The position numbers were made by a program, and so were the translations under genes. From an uncultured Acidobacteriota bacterium (GTDB taxonomy: Bacteria > Acidobacteriota > Blastocatellia > RBC074): DNA of 64,000 bases. The notes beneath the pieces are model-generated. The model did no database searches. It saw only the letters and a program-made list of their open reading frames with translations, and was not told the DNA's origin. The stretch lies in assembly GCA_963796275.1 (NCBI GenBank), contig CAWCKY010000004.1:512001-576000 (forward strand), in the 5' to 3' direction. How positions within the stretch are numbered: the first letter of the stretch is position 1; every line of letters starts with the position of its first letter. Below, one piece after another: positions 51,823-63,022 of the stretch.

Positions 51823-54800
51823 ATGTCAGCCCGGTATGCCCGTATTCTCTTTTCAATATTGATCAGCACGCTATTTTCAATTTTTATCGTCGCTTCGATC
51901 GCGACCATCTCCTCTGCGCAGACGACGACCGGCACGTTCCTCGGTTTCGTGACCGACGCATCGGGCGCGGCGCTCGACGGGGCCAAAGTCACGGTCACCA
52001 ATGAAGCGACTGGTTTGACGCGAAATGTGACGACTAAACCCTCAGGCGAGTATTTAATTGCGTTACTGCCCGTGGGGCGGTACACCCTGATGTTCGAGGC
52101 TCCGAACTTCAAACGGCACGTAGCCAGAGGATTGGCATTGGAGCTCGACCAGAAAGTCAAGATCGACATCAGGCTCGAGGTGGGGCAGATTACCGAATCA
52201 GTCACGAGTGACGCCGCCAACAGCGCGCCGCTAATCCATACTGAGACAGCTGAAGCCGGCGAAGTGATCGAGAACAAACGAATAGTCGAACTGCCGCTCA
52301 ATGGCCGTCTCTTTCTGCAGTTGGCCCAATTGACTCCCGGCGTCGTCGAAAACGCTCGCGGCGGGTTTGGCCAGCAACTGGCCGGCATCTTCGGGCCTCG
52401 CATCACCGTCATGGGCGCTCGTGAAAGCGATAACTACTTCACTCTGGACGGTGTCAGCGTCACCGACCGGTTCTACAACACGCTCTCAGCGCCGATAGCC
52501 GTAGACGCGATCCAGGAGTTCAAAGTCCAGTCCAATCTCTACAGCGCCCAGGCCGGGACACTCGGAGGTGGGCAGATCAACATTGCTATCAAGAGCGGCA
52601 CCAACGACCTCCATGGGTCGGTCTACGAGTTCCTGCGCAACGATGATCTCGATGCGCGAAACTTCTTCGATCGTAACGTCAAACCCGAGTTCCGGCAGAA
52701 TCAGTTTGGCGGAACTATGGGCGGGCCTGTGATCAAGGACAGAGCATTCTTCTTCGGCAACTACGAGGGATTGCGTCTGGCCAAAGCGCTAACCCGGACC
52801 TTCACAGTGCCGGCCGACAATCTGCGCAGCGGACAGTTCACAGTGCCGATCCGCGATCCATCGACCGGACTTCCATGCAGGGCGGCAACGCAGAGCGCGC
52901 CGGCTGACCTGCGCGGCTGTTTCACCGGCAATCGCATCCCTGATGATCGCATCTCCGATGTAGCCAGGGCATTGCTGCAATACATTCCACAGGTGAACCT
53001 GCCAGGCACCTCCAACAATTTCATCGGCTCACCGCAGGAAATCAACGACAACAACCAATTTACGATCAGGACCGATTACCGGTTCGGTGACGACGACACG
53101 GCTTTTGTGCGATACACATTCTTCGACGTGAGCGCCTATCAGCCCTACGGCTTCGTACAATTCGCGACCAGCCCGATCTCATTGCCTGGATTTGGCATCT
53201 TTCTCCAGCAGCGTACACAGAACGCGGCGATCGGAGAGACACACATATTTAGTTCGGCCCTCGTCGGTGAGTTTAAATTTGGGTTCAACCGGACCGCCGG
53301 AGGGCAGGTGCAAGAGAACAGCGATGTGGATTTTGCCACGCAGTTCAACATCGCCGGCATCAGCCGTGCCCCGTTCGATCGTGGGATACCGAGCATCACC
53401 ATCGCCCCGTACAACACATTCGGTGATGTGACCACTCCCCTCTCGCGACGCGATAACGATTACCAACTCAATTACAACCTATCGTGGTTCCGGGGCAGCC
53501 ACAACCTGACTTTCGGCGCGATGTACAAGCGGATTCAATTCAATCCCAACGTCAGCGCGACAAAACGCGGCCAGTTTAACTTTACCGGAGCCTATACGGG
53601 CGATGCGTTTGGCGATTTCCTGCTCGGATTGCCGTTCAATGCTCGCGGCGGCGCGGGCAGCACGCAAATTTATCTGCGCGGCAACGAATGGCATGCGTTC
53701 GTGCAGGATGACTGGAAAGCATCGAAACGATTGACGCTCAATTTCGGCCTGCGATACGAATATGCGTCGCCGTTCTCCGAAAAGTATAACCGTTGGTCCA
53801 CGCTCGACGTCGAACTCGGCCAGGTGGTCGTCGCGAGCGACGAAGATGGCCGGACCTATCCCCAGGAGTTGTGGATTCCAGGTATCGTAGGACGGCTTTC
53901 GCCATTGCCCATTGTCACTTCCGAAGCTGCCGGGTTGGATCGGTCGCTGGCCATCAAAGACTTGAACAACTTCGCACCGCGCTTCGGCTTCGCTCTGGAT
54001 CTTTTCGGCAATCAGAAGACCGTTATGCGCGGCGGATATGGCATCTTTTATAATGCCGCATCATACAATTCACTGACGTTGCAAAGCCTGGCCGCGCCTT
54101 TCTTCAGCTCTATCAATGCCAACAATTCGGCGACCGCGCCCGCACCGATCACGACCATCCTGAGCAACCCGATGCTGGGTACCCCAGGCTGGGCTTCGTA
54201 TAACATCAACTTCCGCACGCCCTACTTCCAGCAGTGGAACTTCGGCCTCCAGCGACTGCTCGCTCGAGGCCTGCTGGTCGAGGCGCAGTATCTGGGGTCG
54301 AAAGGCACGAAGCTCTATACCAATATCTTCTACAACGTACCCGATCCGTCGCCGACGAACACGCCCTCGATCTCGGCGCGATCGCGTTTCCCGAACCTGG
54401 GCAATAATTCATTGCAGGCATCGGCGGGTAAGTCGAATTACCACGCGCTGGTGCTGCGCGCCGAGAAGCGGCTCTCGGCCGGGCTGATGATGATGGGCAG
54501 CTACACCTTCTCGAAGAGCATCGACCTGGATTCGCTCGCCGCCTCGGTCGCGTCATCGAATCTCGACCAGAGCAACATGAAGAGCCTCGAACGCGCTCGC
54601 TCGAGTTTCGATGCGCGACACCGGTTCGTTGCCAGTTTCACCTACGACCTGCCACTCAAATTCAAGAGCAGGCTGCTCGGTGGTCTGCTCGGCAATTGGC
54701 AGGCGGGCGGCATTATCACTCAGCAGTCGGGGCTTCCGTTCACGGTCAATATCACCAGCGATCGCGCCAACAACGGCCTGCTCAACCAGCGACCCAATCT

Positions 54801-55158
54801 GGTCGGCGACCCGAACTTGCCCGGCGACCAGCGCACACCCGAACGTTGGTTCAACACCGCCGCTTTCGCCGTGCAACCAGCCGGTACTCTCGGCACCGCG
54901 GGCCGCAACATTCTGGAAGCTCCAGGGACAAGTATCGTGGACTTCTCGTTGCTCAAAAACATTCCGTTGAGTGATCGCCACAGGCTGCAATTCCGGGCGG
55001 AGTTTTTCAATCTTTTCAATCATGCGAACTTCGACTTTCCCGAACGATTTTGCGCAGGTACGATCACAGGCGCGCCTTGCACCGCACCGCAGTTCGGACG
55101 CATCGGCGCGGCACGCGATCCGCGCATACTGCAGTTCGGATTGAAGTTTCTGTTCTGA
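51823..55158 (+). CDS. TonB-dependent receptor (Oar-like), paralog B
   Basis: AGGAG SD before the ATG at 51823; long identical peptide stretches shared with 46639..49902; C-terminal Phe. Confidence 0.93.
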   Translation: MSARYARILFSILISTLFSIFIVASIATISSAQTTTGTFLGFVTDASGAALDGAKVTVTNEATGLTRNVTTKPSGEYLIALLPVGRYTLMFEAPNFKRHVARGLALELDQKVKIDIRLEVGQITESVTSDAANSAPLIHTETAEAGEVIENKRIVELPLNGRLFLQLAQLTPGVVENARGGFGQQLAGIFGPRITVMGARESDNYFTLDGVSVTDRFYNTLSAPIAVDAIQEFKVQSNLYSAQAGTLGGGQINIAIKSGTNDLHGSVYEFLRNDDLDARNFFDRNVKPEFRQNQFGGTMGGPVIKDRAFFFGNYEGLRLAKALTRTFTVPADNLRSGQFTVPIRDPSTGLPCRAATQSAPADLRGCFTGNRIPDDRISDVARALLQYIPQVNLPGTSNNFIGSPQEINDNNQFTIRTDYRFGDDDTAFVRYTFFDVSAYQPYGFVQFATSPISLPGFGIFLQQRTQNAAIGETHIFSSALVGEFKFGFNRTAGGQVQENSDVDFATQFNIAGISRAPFDRGIPSITIAPYNTFGDVTTPLSRRDNDYQLNYNLSWFRGSHNLTFGAMYKRIQFNPNVSATKRGQFNFTGAYTGDAFGDFLLGLPFNARGGAGSTQIYLRGNEWHAFVQDDWKASKRLTLNFGLRYEYASPFSEKYNRWSTLDVELGQVVVASDEDGRTYPQELWIPGIVGRLSPLPIVTSEAAGLDRSLAIKDLNNFAPRFGFALDLFGNQKTVMRGGYGIFYNAASYNSLTLQSLAAPFFSSINANNSATAPAPITTILSNPMLGTPGWASYNINFRTPYFQQWNFGLQRLLARGLLVEAQYLGSKGTKLYTNIFYNVPDPSPTNTPSISARSRFPNLGNNSLQASAGKSNYHALVLRAEKRLSAGLMMMGSYTFSKSIDLDSLAASVASSNLDQSNMKSLERARSSFDARHRFVASFTYDLPLKFKSRLLGGLLGNWQAGGIITQQSGLPFTVNITSDRANNGLLNQRPNLVGDPNLPGDQRTPERWFNTAAFAVQPAGTLGTAGRNILEAPGTSIVDFSLLKNIPLSDRHRLQFRAEFFNLFNHANFDFPERFCAGTITGAPCTAPQFGRIGAARDPRILQFGLKFLF

Positions 55159-55204
55159 AACAGATGCGTGCGCGATGCTGCAAGCGAATTCAAACAAGAT
55201 GACT

Positions 55205-55670
55205 CCTTAAAGCGGCAATCTCGGGTTCGAGAACGATTCGACTAAAATTCTCCACGTAATATGAAATGACGCTCCGCTGATGTACGCTGGTGAAAGCCAA
55301 TTCCCCCGCGAATCAACGCAAAACCGGAGCGCCCAATGGAAAATATCAAGTATGTAGGCATGGATATTCACAAAACAATCACGGTCATTGCGGTCTTGAA
55401 TGTGCGTGGCCAAATGGAGAGCCATTCAAAGGTCAAAACGAAAGCCGAGAACCTCTGTGACTTCTTCGTGGCCAAGTCGAGGCCGTCTTTGAAGAAGGTA
55501 CGCAATCGGCCTGGCTCTACAAATTGCTCAAACCGTTGGTATCGTCGTGACGGTCTGCAATCCGCGTCACAACAAACCGATCAACGACGAGAAAAAATCC
55601 AATGATGAAGACGCCGAGGCTCTCGCGCAACTCCTGCGGCTCGGAGCGGTCAAGACCATCTGCCGTCTCT
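55205..55670 (+). mobile_element. IS110-family relic: non-coding left end plus frameshifted, truncated transposase
   Basis: YVGMDIHK, FEEGTQSAWLY and KSNDEDAEALAQLLR in different frames; C-terminal domain absent; left boundary approximate. Confidence 0.8.
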
Positions 55671-55898
55671 GACATCGTTCACAAGTGAAGTAGAAACTTT
55701 TTCCGTCGGGAAGAGACAATTCCATTGTGAAACAGCTTATAGGATTTCATCACGTCGACGATTCGTCATGTGGATCGTTATTTGAGGCTCAGGTAAAATG
55801 GGAGTTGCCTTAAAACTCGGTCAATAACTACTGTTTTCCCTTTGGAAAGGACTCCCCCCTATGAAGCGAGTTGCTGAAGTCGGTATACTGATGATCGC

Positions 55899-56321
55899 CT
55901 TTTAAATGTAATCTTCGCCGTCGATGGCACTGTCGCCTCAATTAAAGTGGTGCGTGGATTACCTGATGGGCTGAATGAGAAAGCGATTGAGGCCACCAAG
56001 AAAATCAGATTCAGGCCGGCCATCAAGGACGGCAAGCCCGTCGGCGTTCGTGCAAATCTGGAATACTCGTTTGACCTCGGTCTCAATCTTCCTTCGCCGA
56101 GACTGCTCTTACCACCGCATAACGATGTCATCACAACTGGACTCCATAAAACGACGCTCCACTGGGATCCGGTTCCCTTGGCTACTAGCTATAGGATTCG
56201 ACTTGAGAAGGAATCTCAAAAACCCGGCAAATGGACGCTTGATCATGAATCCAGGATTCGTCGCGTACGAATAAATCTGCAGCAACCTCAGCAATTGATG
56301 CCGAGAGGCGTTAAGCACTGA
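55899..56321 (+). pseudogene. TonB C-terminal domain fragment
   Basis: LLNVIFAVDGTVASIKVVRGLPDGLNEKAIEATKKIRFRPAIKDGKPV; N-terminus missing. Confidence 0.7.
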
Positions 56322-56401
56322 TTTGCCATATTGAGATGAATCTCATCTGTGCGCGAGTGTTCCGTTGATGCCGAGATGAGAGCTTTTTTGATCGTCGCAT
56401 A

Positions 56402-56689
56402 TTATCCCCCCATTTCTTTCATCACCCGCAGGAATCGAAGGCGGCTGGACAGGGCGATCTTCTCCCTGCCTTTCGACTTGGACGGCGCCTTTGTCGCCTG
56501 CTCTACCATCCATTCGGCTCCCGGCGGGACGCTGAGCGGTCGAGCGGGATTGGTCGTGCGGACCAGTTCGATAATGAGCACGGGCACGGACTCGCTTGGA
56601 AATTGGGGTTCTGCTTGTTTGATCGGGATGATCTCTACATCCGGCTGAAGTAGGACGATTTGAACGTCCGCCTCGATATTGTGGGGCAT
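56402..56689 (-). CDS. Hypothetical protein
   Basis: 95 aa; AAAGGA upstream; no family recognised. Confidence 0.3.
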   Translation of the reverse strand: MPHNIEADVQIVLLQPDVEIIPIKQAEPQFPSESVPVLIIELVRTTNPARPLSVPPGAEWMVEQATKAPSKSKGREKIALSSRLRFLRVMKEMGG

Positions 56690-56950
56690 ATGGAGGATTT
56701 CCTTTCAAATTTATCGAAATTCGATCTTATCTCTAAATTCTCATCAATAGCAACCCCAGAAACCTTCTGGAAAAATTCCTAACCGCGATCGGCTCTATAC
56801 TGTTGAGACCGATCTTTTTTCCATCTTTTGCGTTTGCGGATGGGCTGACGTAAACTTGCGCCTGATTGTTACAAGGTGGAGAATTCTCCCGGTAATATTT
56901 ACCGAAAATCACGAAGCCAGAACGTACTTAGCATTCGGAGTAATCTAAAA

Positions 56951-57442
56951 ATGAATATATCCTCGACTATTTGCCGCCTTACTTTGATCGCCGCAATCTC
57001 GGCCCTGATGCTCGCGTGCTCGAAACCGAGCGCTTCCGATAATCAGGTGAATGCCGCCCCGGTTACCGCGGCCAATTCAACACCTGCATTGCCGGCGCAG
57101 AATCTTGAAGACAAAATATCGCGTATCAAGGCCGATGAAGCGAAGAAGCTCGTGGCGGAGAACCAGGCGATCATTATCGATGTGCGTGGCACCGATGCTT
57201 TTAAACTAACTCACATCAAAGGCGCGCTCGACGTTCCACTCAAAAAGCTCGAAGCGGGCGATTTCACCGGATTGCCGAAAGATAAGGCCATCATCGCCTA
57301 CTGCACCTGCGGCGCCGAGCAGACGAGTTCTCGCGCGGCGGTCTTGCTCGAAAAAGCCGGATTCAAGAACACATCCGCACTTCTCGGCGGCCTGCATGCC
57401 TGGGAGTCAGCCGGCGGCCAGATTGAAAAATCCGCCCCATAA
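56951..57442 (+). CDS. Rhodanese-domain lipoprotein
   Basis: Lipobox MLACS; IIDVR, HIKGA, YCTC and LLGGLHAW motifs. Confidence 0.88.
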   Translation: MNISSTICRLTLIAAISALMLACSKPSASDNQVNAAPVTAANSTPALPAQNLEDKISRIKADEAKKLVAENQAIIIDVRGTDAFKLTHIKGALDVPLKKLEAGDFTGLPKDKAIIAYCTCGAEQTSSRAAVLLEKAGFKNTSALLGGLHAWESAGGQIEKSAP

Positions 57443-57446
57443 CCTG

Positions 57447-58268
57447 CTAGGCCTCTCGAATGGTCTCCCGATATTGTGAGGGCGCCAACCCGGTCGAGCG
57501 TTTAAACGTCCTGGTGAAATGGCTCTGATCGCAAAATCCCGCTGCCAGCGCGATGTCCACAATCGGTTTCTCTGAAGTGGCGAGTTCGCGACAGGCGTAT
57601 TCGATGCGCAGTTGGCGCATATATTCGCCGACCGTGCAGCTATATGTCTTATGGAACATCTGGGCGAGGTGAACGGGATGTACACCTACTACCCGGGCGA
57701 CCTCCGACAGTGTGAGGTTTTCCGCGAACCGCGCGTGGAGCAGTTCTCTCGCCTGCTGAAGCCAGCGAGGCGGTTGATTGGCCGCGCTTTGAGAGTATTG
57801 CCGTGATGCCTCTCCCAGCATCTCCAGCAAAAGCCCTTCGATGACGATGCCCGAGACATCGTCCATCCTGACAAACTCTTTGTAGAGCTTTCTCGCCAGC
57901 AACTCGAGGCTCCCGCCGTAAAAATTAGCAGGATTATCTGCCACTTTCAGCTGCTCGCGGATACGCTGGAACCAGACCGGTTCGATCTCTATCAGAAAAG
58001 ATCGACCGCCGGAGTCGTGGAAATACTCCGCGTGCAATTCATCAGGCGGATGGAAGAGCAAGCTCGATGACCGGCATTCCCGCATCTTCCCGCCGTACTC
58101 TTCCGTGTAATCGCCATCCATCACGAAACAGAACAATGCCTGTTTGTGCGAATGCTTCGGTGTCTGAAAACGTGCCGGATAGATGCGCTCTGAAAGCTCA
58201 AAGTTCGGAAGCTTGCTGCTTCTTAATGTCTCGCCATAAAAGGAGCCCGGAGGCAATTGTACTGCCAT
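57447..58268 (-). CDS. AraC family transcriptional regulator
   Basis: N-terminal cupin (HSH), C-terminal double HTH with GFCDQSHFTRTFK. Confidence 0.93.
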   Translation of the reverse strand: MAVQLPPGSFYGETLRSSKLPNFELSERIYPARFQTPKHSHKQALFCFVMDGDYTEEYGGKMRECRSSSLLFHPPDELHAEYFHDSGGRSFLIEIEPVWFQRIREQLKVADNPANFYGGSLELLARKLYKEFVRMDDVSGIVIEGLLLEMLGEASRQYSQSAANQPPRWLQQARELLHARFAENLTLSEVARVVGVHPVHLAQMFHKTYSCTVGEYMRQLRIEYACRELATSEKPIVDIALAAGFCDQSHFTRTFKRSTGLAPSQYRETIREA

Positions 58269-58521
58269 TGAAGTATCTCCTTTTAATCTTAGTCTCTGGA
58301 CTGGATATAAATGTACTTTTTCTGGCTATTGTATACAGTATGCTGATTGAAAGTGTCAAAGAATTATAAGCATATTCAAGCGGCCTTATAAAAATACAAG
58401 ACAGACAGCTATGGAATTGGCCAATTTGGCATATGAAGAATGAAGTATTCAGTTTGGGCCGAAATATCTTTGGCCCTTTAATGAAAACTGAAAACTGAAA
58501 TCTATTGGTAGAGGAGACCCG

Positions 58522-61020
58522 ATGAGACCCAAACAGTTAATCCCGCATCTATGCTTGCTTTGCCTCCTGCTCCTGCTTCCGGCGTCTGCCGGCGCGCAGG
58601 GCACGCAGGGCACGCAGGGCACGCAGGCCGACTACGAACGCGCCCGCGGCTTGCGCGACAAGCTGCAGGGGCTGGCGGTCAACATTCCGGAAAGAGCCAA
58701 CTGGGTTGAGCAAACCAGCCGGTTCTGGTACCGCAAATCGGTTAAGGGCGGGAACGAATTCGTGATGGTCGATGCTGAAACGCTCGCCAAAAAACCGGCA
58801 TTCGACCACGAACGGCTCGCTGCAGCGCTCTCCCAGGCGGCCGAAGAGAAATATACCGCGGTGACGCTTCCCTTCAGCACTATCACTTTTGTTGAGGATG
58901 AACGCGCCCTTGAATTTGTCACCAAAGGCTCGATCTGGAAATGCAATCTCTCGGATTATAACTGCGCGAAGCAGCGCCCCGCGCCCGCCGATCAATTAGG
59001 TCGACAACGTCGCCCGCCCGACGCGGAATACCCGGATGAGTTCGGCAATGACGTCTTCGACGGGATGGTGATAAGTGATTCTCCGTCGGCGGCAGACACC
59101 AGCTCTCCCCTACAACGGGGGCAAGGGCAGGGGCAGGGGCAGGGGCAGGGGCAGGGGCAACGTCAAGGCCGGCAAGGGTCCCAGGCGGATGCGGAACAGG
59201 AGTCGAAGACATCTCCCGACGGCAAATGGGAGGCCTTCATCCGCAACTATAATGTCTTCCTGCGAGCGAAGGGCGAGAGCGCTGAGGTTCCACTGAGCTT
59301 CGATGGTTCGGAGGGAAATTACTATACGCTTGCCTCTCTCGCCTGGTCGCCCGATTCCAGGCGACTGGCAGCTTATCGCGTTCGCCCCGGCTATCGCCGT
59401 CAAGTCCATTACATCGAATCATCGCCATCGGACCAGCTTCAGCCCAAGCATTCGACTCGCGATTACGCCAAGCCGGGTGACACGCTCGATGTCGCTCAGC
59501 CGGTGCTCTTCGAGGTCGAGACGAAGAAACAGGTGATCATCGACAACAGTCTGTTCTCAAACCCTTTCAGCCTATCGAACCCGGTCTGGCGGAAGGACGG
59601 CCGGGCTTTCACTTTCGAATACAATCAGCGCGGACACCAGGTCTACCGGGTGATCGAAGTCGGTGCGGCAACAGGAAAAGCGAGAGCCGTGGTTTCGGAT
59701 GAATCCCAGACTTTCTTCTCCTATCGCGCATTATCCGGGAACCTGCGGGAGTCCGGCAGCAAATACCGCTATGACATCGATGATGGCAATGAAATGATCT
59801 GGATGTCGGAGCGCGACGGGTGGCGCCATCTGTACCTCTATGACGGGATCACGGGCAAGGTGAAGAACCGGATAACCAAGGGAGACTGGGTTGTCCGCGC
59901 GGTCGAGAAGGTTGATGAGGCGAGGCGCCAGATATGGTTCCAGGCGAGCGGAATGTATCCCGGCAAGGATCCCTACTTCACCCACTATTACCGAATAAAT
60001 TTCGACGGAACCGGTCTCACGGCTTTCACGGAGGCCGACGGATATCATGCGGTGAGTTTCTCGACCGATATGAAGTACTACGTCGACACGTGGTCGCGCG
60101 TCGACCTTCCGCCGGTAAGCCAGCTCCGGCGCACGGAAGACAAGAAACTCGTGCTTGAACTCGAAAAAGGCGATATTTCGGCGCTGCAGGCGGCAGGCTG
60201 GCGGGCGCCCGAAGTCTTCGTGGCGATGGGGCGAGACGGGAAAACCGAAATTTGGGGGGTCATTCACAGGCCGACCAATTTCGATCCGTCCCTTAAGTAC
60301 CCGGTCATCGAGGCTATCTATGCGGGGCCGCAAGGTTCATTCGTGCCCAAGACATTCAGCGGGTCGGCGCAGACCCTGGCGGAGTTGGGGTTCATCGTCG
60401 CGCAGATCGATGGAATGGGGACGAATAACAGGTCGAAGGCTTTTCACGACATATGCTGGAAGAACCTCGGCGATGCCGGGTTCCCCGACCGGATACTTTG
60501 GCACAAAGCGGTGGCTGCCAAGTATCCATACTATGACGTCAGCCGGGTCGGCATCTACGGTGGCTCCGCCGGGGGACAGAATTCAACCGGAGCGCTGCTC
60601 TTTCATCCGGAATTTTATAAAGCCGCCTTCTCTTCCGTGGGCTGTCATGACAACCGAATGGATAAGATATGGTGGAACGAACAGTGGATGGGATGGCCGC
60701 TCGGTCCGCACTATTCGGCCTCATCGAACGTCGACAACGCCGACCGGCTTAAAGGGCAACTCCTGCTCGTCGTCGGCGAGATGGACACGAACGTAGACCC
60801 ATCATCGACGATGCAGGTAGTCAATGCGTTGATCAAGGCCGATAAGACGTTCGATCTGCTCGTCATTCCCGGAGCCGGCCACGGATCGGGAGGCGAATAT
60901 GGCGAGAGGAAGCGCAATGATTTCTTCGTCCATCATCTGCTGAGCGTCGAGCCGCCCGATTGGAACAAGGCGGAGAAGAAAACTAATCCGCAGGCGGCTT
61001 CAATACAGGAGCAGCGATGA
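58522..61020 (+). CDS. Exported S9 family peptidase (DPP IV-like)
   Basis: Signal peptide, propeller domain, GGSAGG nucleophile, DTNV and GAGH triad residues; in-frame (GTQ)n and (GQ)n repeats. Confidence 0.92.
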   Translation: MRPKQLIPHLCLLCLLLLLPASAGAQGTQGTQGTQADYERARGLRDKLQGLAVNIPERANWVEQTSRFWYRKSVKGGNEFVMVDAETLAKKPAFDHERLAAALSQAAEEKYTAVTLPFSTITFVEDERALEFVTKGSIWKCNLSDYNCAKQRPAPADQLGRQRRPPDAEYPDEFGNDVFDGMVISDSPSAADTSSPLQRGQGQGQGQGQGQGQRQGRQGSQADAEQESKTSPDGKWEAFIRNYNVFLRAKGESAEVPLSFDGSEGNYYTLASLAWSPDSRRLAAYRVRPGYRRQVHYIESSPSDQLQPKHSTRDYAKPGDTLDVAQPVLFEVETKKQVIIDNSLFSNPFSLSNPVWRKDGRAFTFEYNQRGHQVYRVIEVGAATGKARAVVSDESQTFFSYRALSGNLRESGSKYRYDIDDGNEMIWMSERDGWRHLYLYDGITGKVKNRITKGDWVVRAVEKVDEARRQIWFQASGMYPGKDPYFTHYYRINFDGTGLTAFTEADGYHAVSFSTDMKYYVDTWSRVDLPPVSQLRRTEDKKLVLELEKGDISALQAAGWRAPEVFVAMGRDGKTEIWGVIHRPTNFDPSLKYPVIEAIYAGPQGSFVPKTFSGSAQTLAELGFIVAQIDGMGTNNRSKAFHDICWKNLGDAGFPDRILWHKAVAAKYPYYDVSRVGIYGGSAGGQNSTGALLFHPEFYKAAFSSVGCHDNRMDKIWWNEQWMGWPLGPHYSASSNVDNADRLKGQLLLVVGEMDTNVDPSSTMQVVNALIKADKTFDLLVIPGAGHGSGGEYGERKRNDFFVHHLLSVEPPDWNKAEKKTNPQAASIQEQR

Positions 61021-61279
61021 ATTTGAAACAAGCGACTGGTTCCGAGGGTTCCGGTTCATGATATCGGTCGCTGCGCGGTCCGCCTGTTATGAATGTTGTA
61101 AAAAAGCTAACGCCCTGTCTGAACAGTCCACGCAGGGCGTGGCGGCGGATGTCACGGATTGAATCTAATACATACGCTGCGATCGTATCAATCCGAGGTA
61201 TATCTCGACACAATCGGATTCAAAAGATGATAATATCTCGTCGGAATAGGCCAAGCACTTGCTGAGGGTGAAGAGGTCA

Positions 61280-61996
61280 ATGAATACACAAATCGATGGG
61301 GATTTAAATTCTCACTTGGAGATCCCGCGGCAATCGCTGACTTCGGCTGTTGCCGACAGATTGCGCAACAAAATACTTCGCGGAGTTTTCGGCGAGGGCG
61401 ACCAGTTGAGGCAACACGCCATCGCGGCGGAATTCGGGGTGAGCCGAATCCCGGTGCGCGAAGCGTTCCGTCAACTCGAAGCCGAAGGTTTGATCAAGAT
61501 CATCGATCATCGAGGGGCCGTGGTCGTGACCCTATCGCCGGATGAGATCGAAGAGCTCTTCGACATCAGGGCGGCTCTCGAATGTGTGACGCTGCGACAG
61601 GCCGTACCGCGGTTGACCGAAGCTGATTTCGCGCGCGCAGAAACGGCCCTGGAAGCCTACGAGCAAGCGCTAAGCGACGAAGCGGACATCGATGTCTGGG
61701 GGGAAATCCACTGGCAGTTCCATTCGACTCTCTATGGGGCATCCAACCGGGCGCGTTTCCTCTCGCTCATCCAGACCATCAACAACAACGCTGACCGTTA
61801 TATCCGACTCCATATCCTCTACTCGCGCGACGCTCACCGCCACACCAAGGACGAACACTGGGCAATTCTCGAACTCTGTCGCAGGAGAGATGTGGAAGGG
61901 GCCAGCCGGCTGCTGGAACATCACATCACGAAAGCGGGCCGCGAGATGAAAGAGTTCATCAAGAGAAAGAAGACGGTTTTACCCAGGGCAGAATAA
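61280..61996 (+). CDS. GntR (FCD) family transcriptional regulator
   Basis: GVSRIPVREAFRQLEAEGL; FH...EH..IL C-domain. Confidence 0.92.
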   Translation: MNTQIDGDLNSHLEIPRQSLTSAVADRLRNKILRGVFGEGDQLRQHAIAAEFGVSRIPVREAFRQLEAEGLIKIIDHRGAVVVTLSPDEIEELFDIRAALECVTLRQAVPRLTEADFARAETALEAYEQALSDEADIDVWGEIHWQFHSTLYGASNRARFLSLIQTINNNADRYIRLHILYSRDAHRHTKDEHWAILELCRRRDVEGASRLLEHHITKAGREMKEFIKRKKTVLPRAE

Positions 61997-62003
61997 GCAA
62001 GTT

Positions 62004-62795
62004 ATGAACCGGAAAGATTCACCAACTTCACCACGCTTCGAGAAGATACTTCAGGAGCTCCTGGGTAACGGTGAGGTCATGGTCGACAATCTGGCCAGGC
62101 GCCTTAATGTTTCATCGGCGACGATCAGGCGCGATCTGAACGAACTCGAACAGCAGGGACTTCTGCGCCGGACTCACGGCGGCGCGGTCCCCGTCGCGCC
62201 GATGCTCTATGAGCCATTCCGGCACGTTTCATCATTCCAGGAGCAGGAAGAGAGATGCACAGCGGAGAAACGGCGAATCGGGATATTGGCCGCCAGCCTC
62301 ATCTCGGATGGCGATATCATAGCGATCGGAGCCGGGACCACGACGACGCAGCTGGCGCGCAGCATCCGTCACCGCAAAGGCATCACGGTGCTGACCAATG
62401 CCATCAACATCGCCATGGAGCTGAGCCATCTGGTCGATATCAAGGTATGTATGACCGGGGGTATTCTAAGCGGCGACTGGTTCGCGCTTGTCGGTGATGG
62501 GGCACAACGCTTTGCGAGCGAGATATTTGTCGACAAGGCTTTTATCGGGGTCGACGGGATACACGCTGATCACGGGTTGACGACCAATTACTCGGATCAG
62601 GCGGCGGTTCATCGAGTCATGCTCCAACAGGCCCGCCAGAGGATCGTAGTCGCCGACCACCGCAAAGTCGGCGTCGTCGGCTCGACGCTCATTTGGCCCG
62701 CCGCCGAGGTCGAGACGGTGATCACAGACCAGGCCACAACTGAGGCGGAGATAGCGCCTTTCGTTTCAAAAAACATACAAGTTCTGCTCGCCTGA
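62004..62795 (+). CDS. DeoR/GlpR family transcriptional regulator
   Basis: VSSATIRRDLNELEQQGLLRRTHGGA; GAGTTT; VADHRK. Confidence 0.93.
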   Translation: MNRKDSPTSPRFEKILQELLGNGEVMVDNLARRLNVSSATIRRDLNELEQQGLLRRTHGGAVPVAPMLYEPFRHVSSFQEQEERCTAEKRRIGILAASLISDGDIIAIGAGTTTTQLARSIRHRKGITVLTNAINIAMELSHLVDIKVCMTGGILSGDWFALVGDGAQRFASEIFVDKAFIGVDGIHADHGLTTNYSDQAAVHRVMLQQARQRIVVADHRKVGVVGSTLIWPAAEVETVITDQATTEAEIAPFVSKNIQVLLA

Positions 62796-63022
62796 TTTAT
62801 CGGTGGCTCTCCCGCGATATTCCAAAATGCGTTCGCCTTTCTCCGGCTCACTCAGTTGATCGCGCTATTGTCTGCCCGCGAAATATGATTCAGTCCATTC
62901 GGCTGCTGTAACTTGCCGCTTCACCCCAGCCGTTCTAAATGCCTGCGGCAATTTATATTTTTATACGTCGTTCGGACGACAATTCCCTTCAAATACAGGG
63001 CAGTCGCTGATAATATCCCGCA

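Noticed and set aside
59119-59160. Phase-variable repeat in the S9 peptidase
   Set aside because: The 6-bp unit stays in frame and only changes the length of a GQ linker
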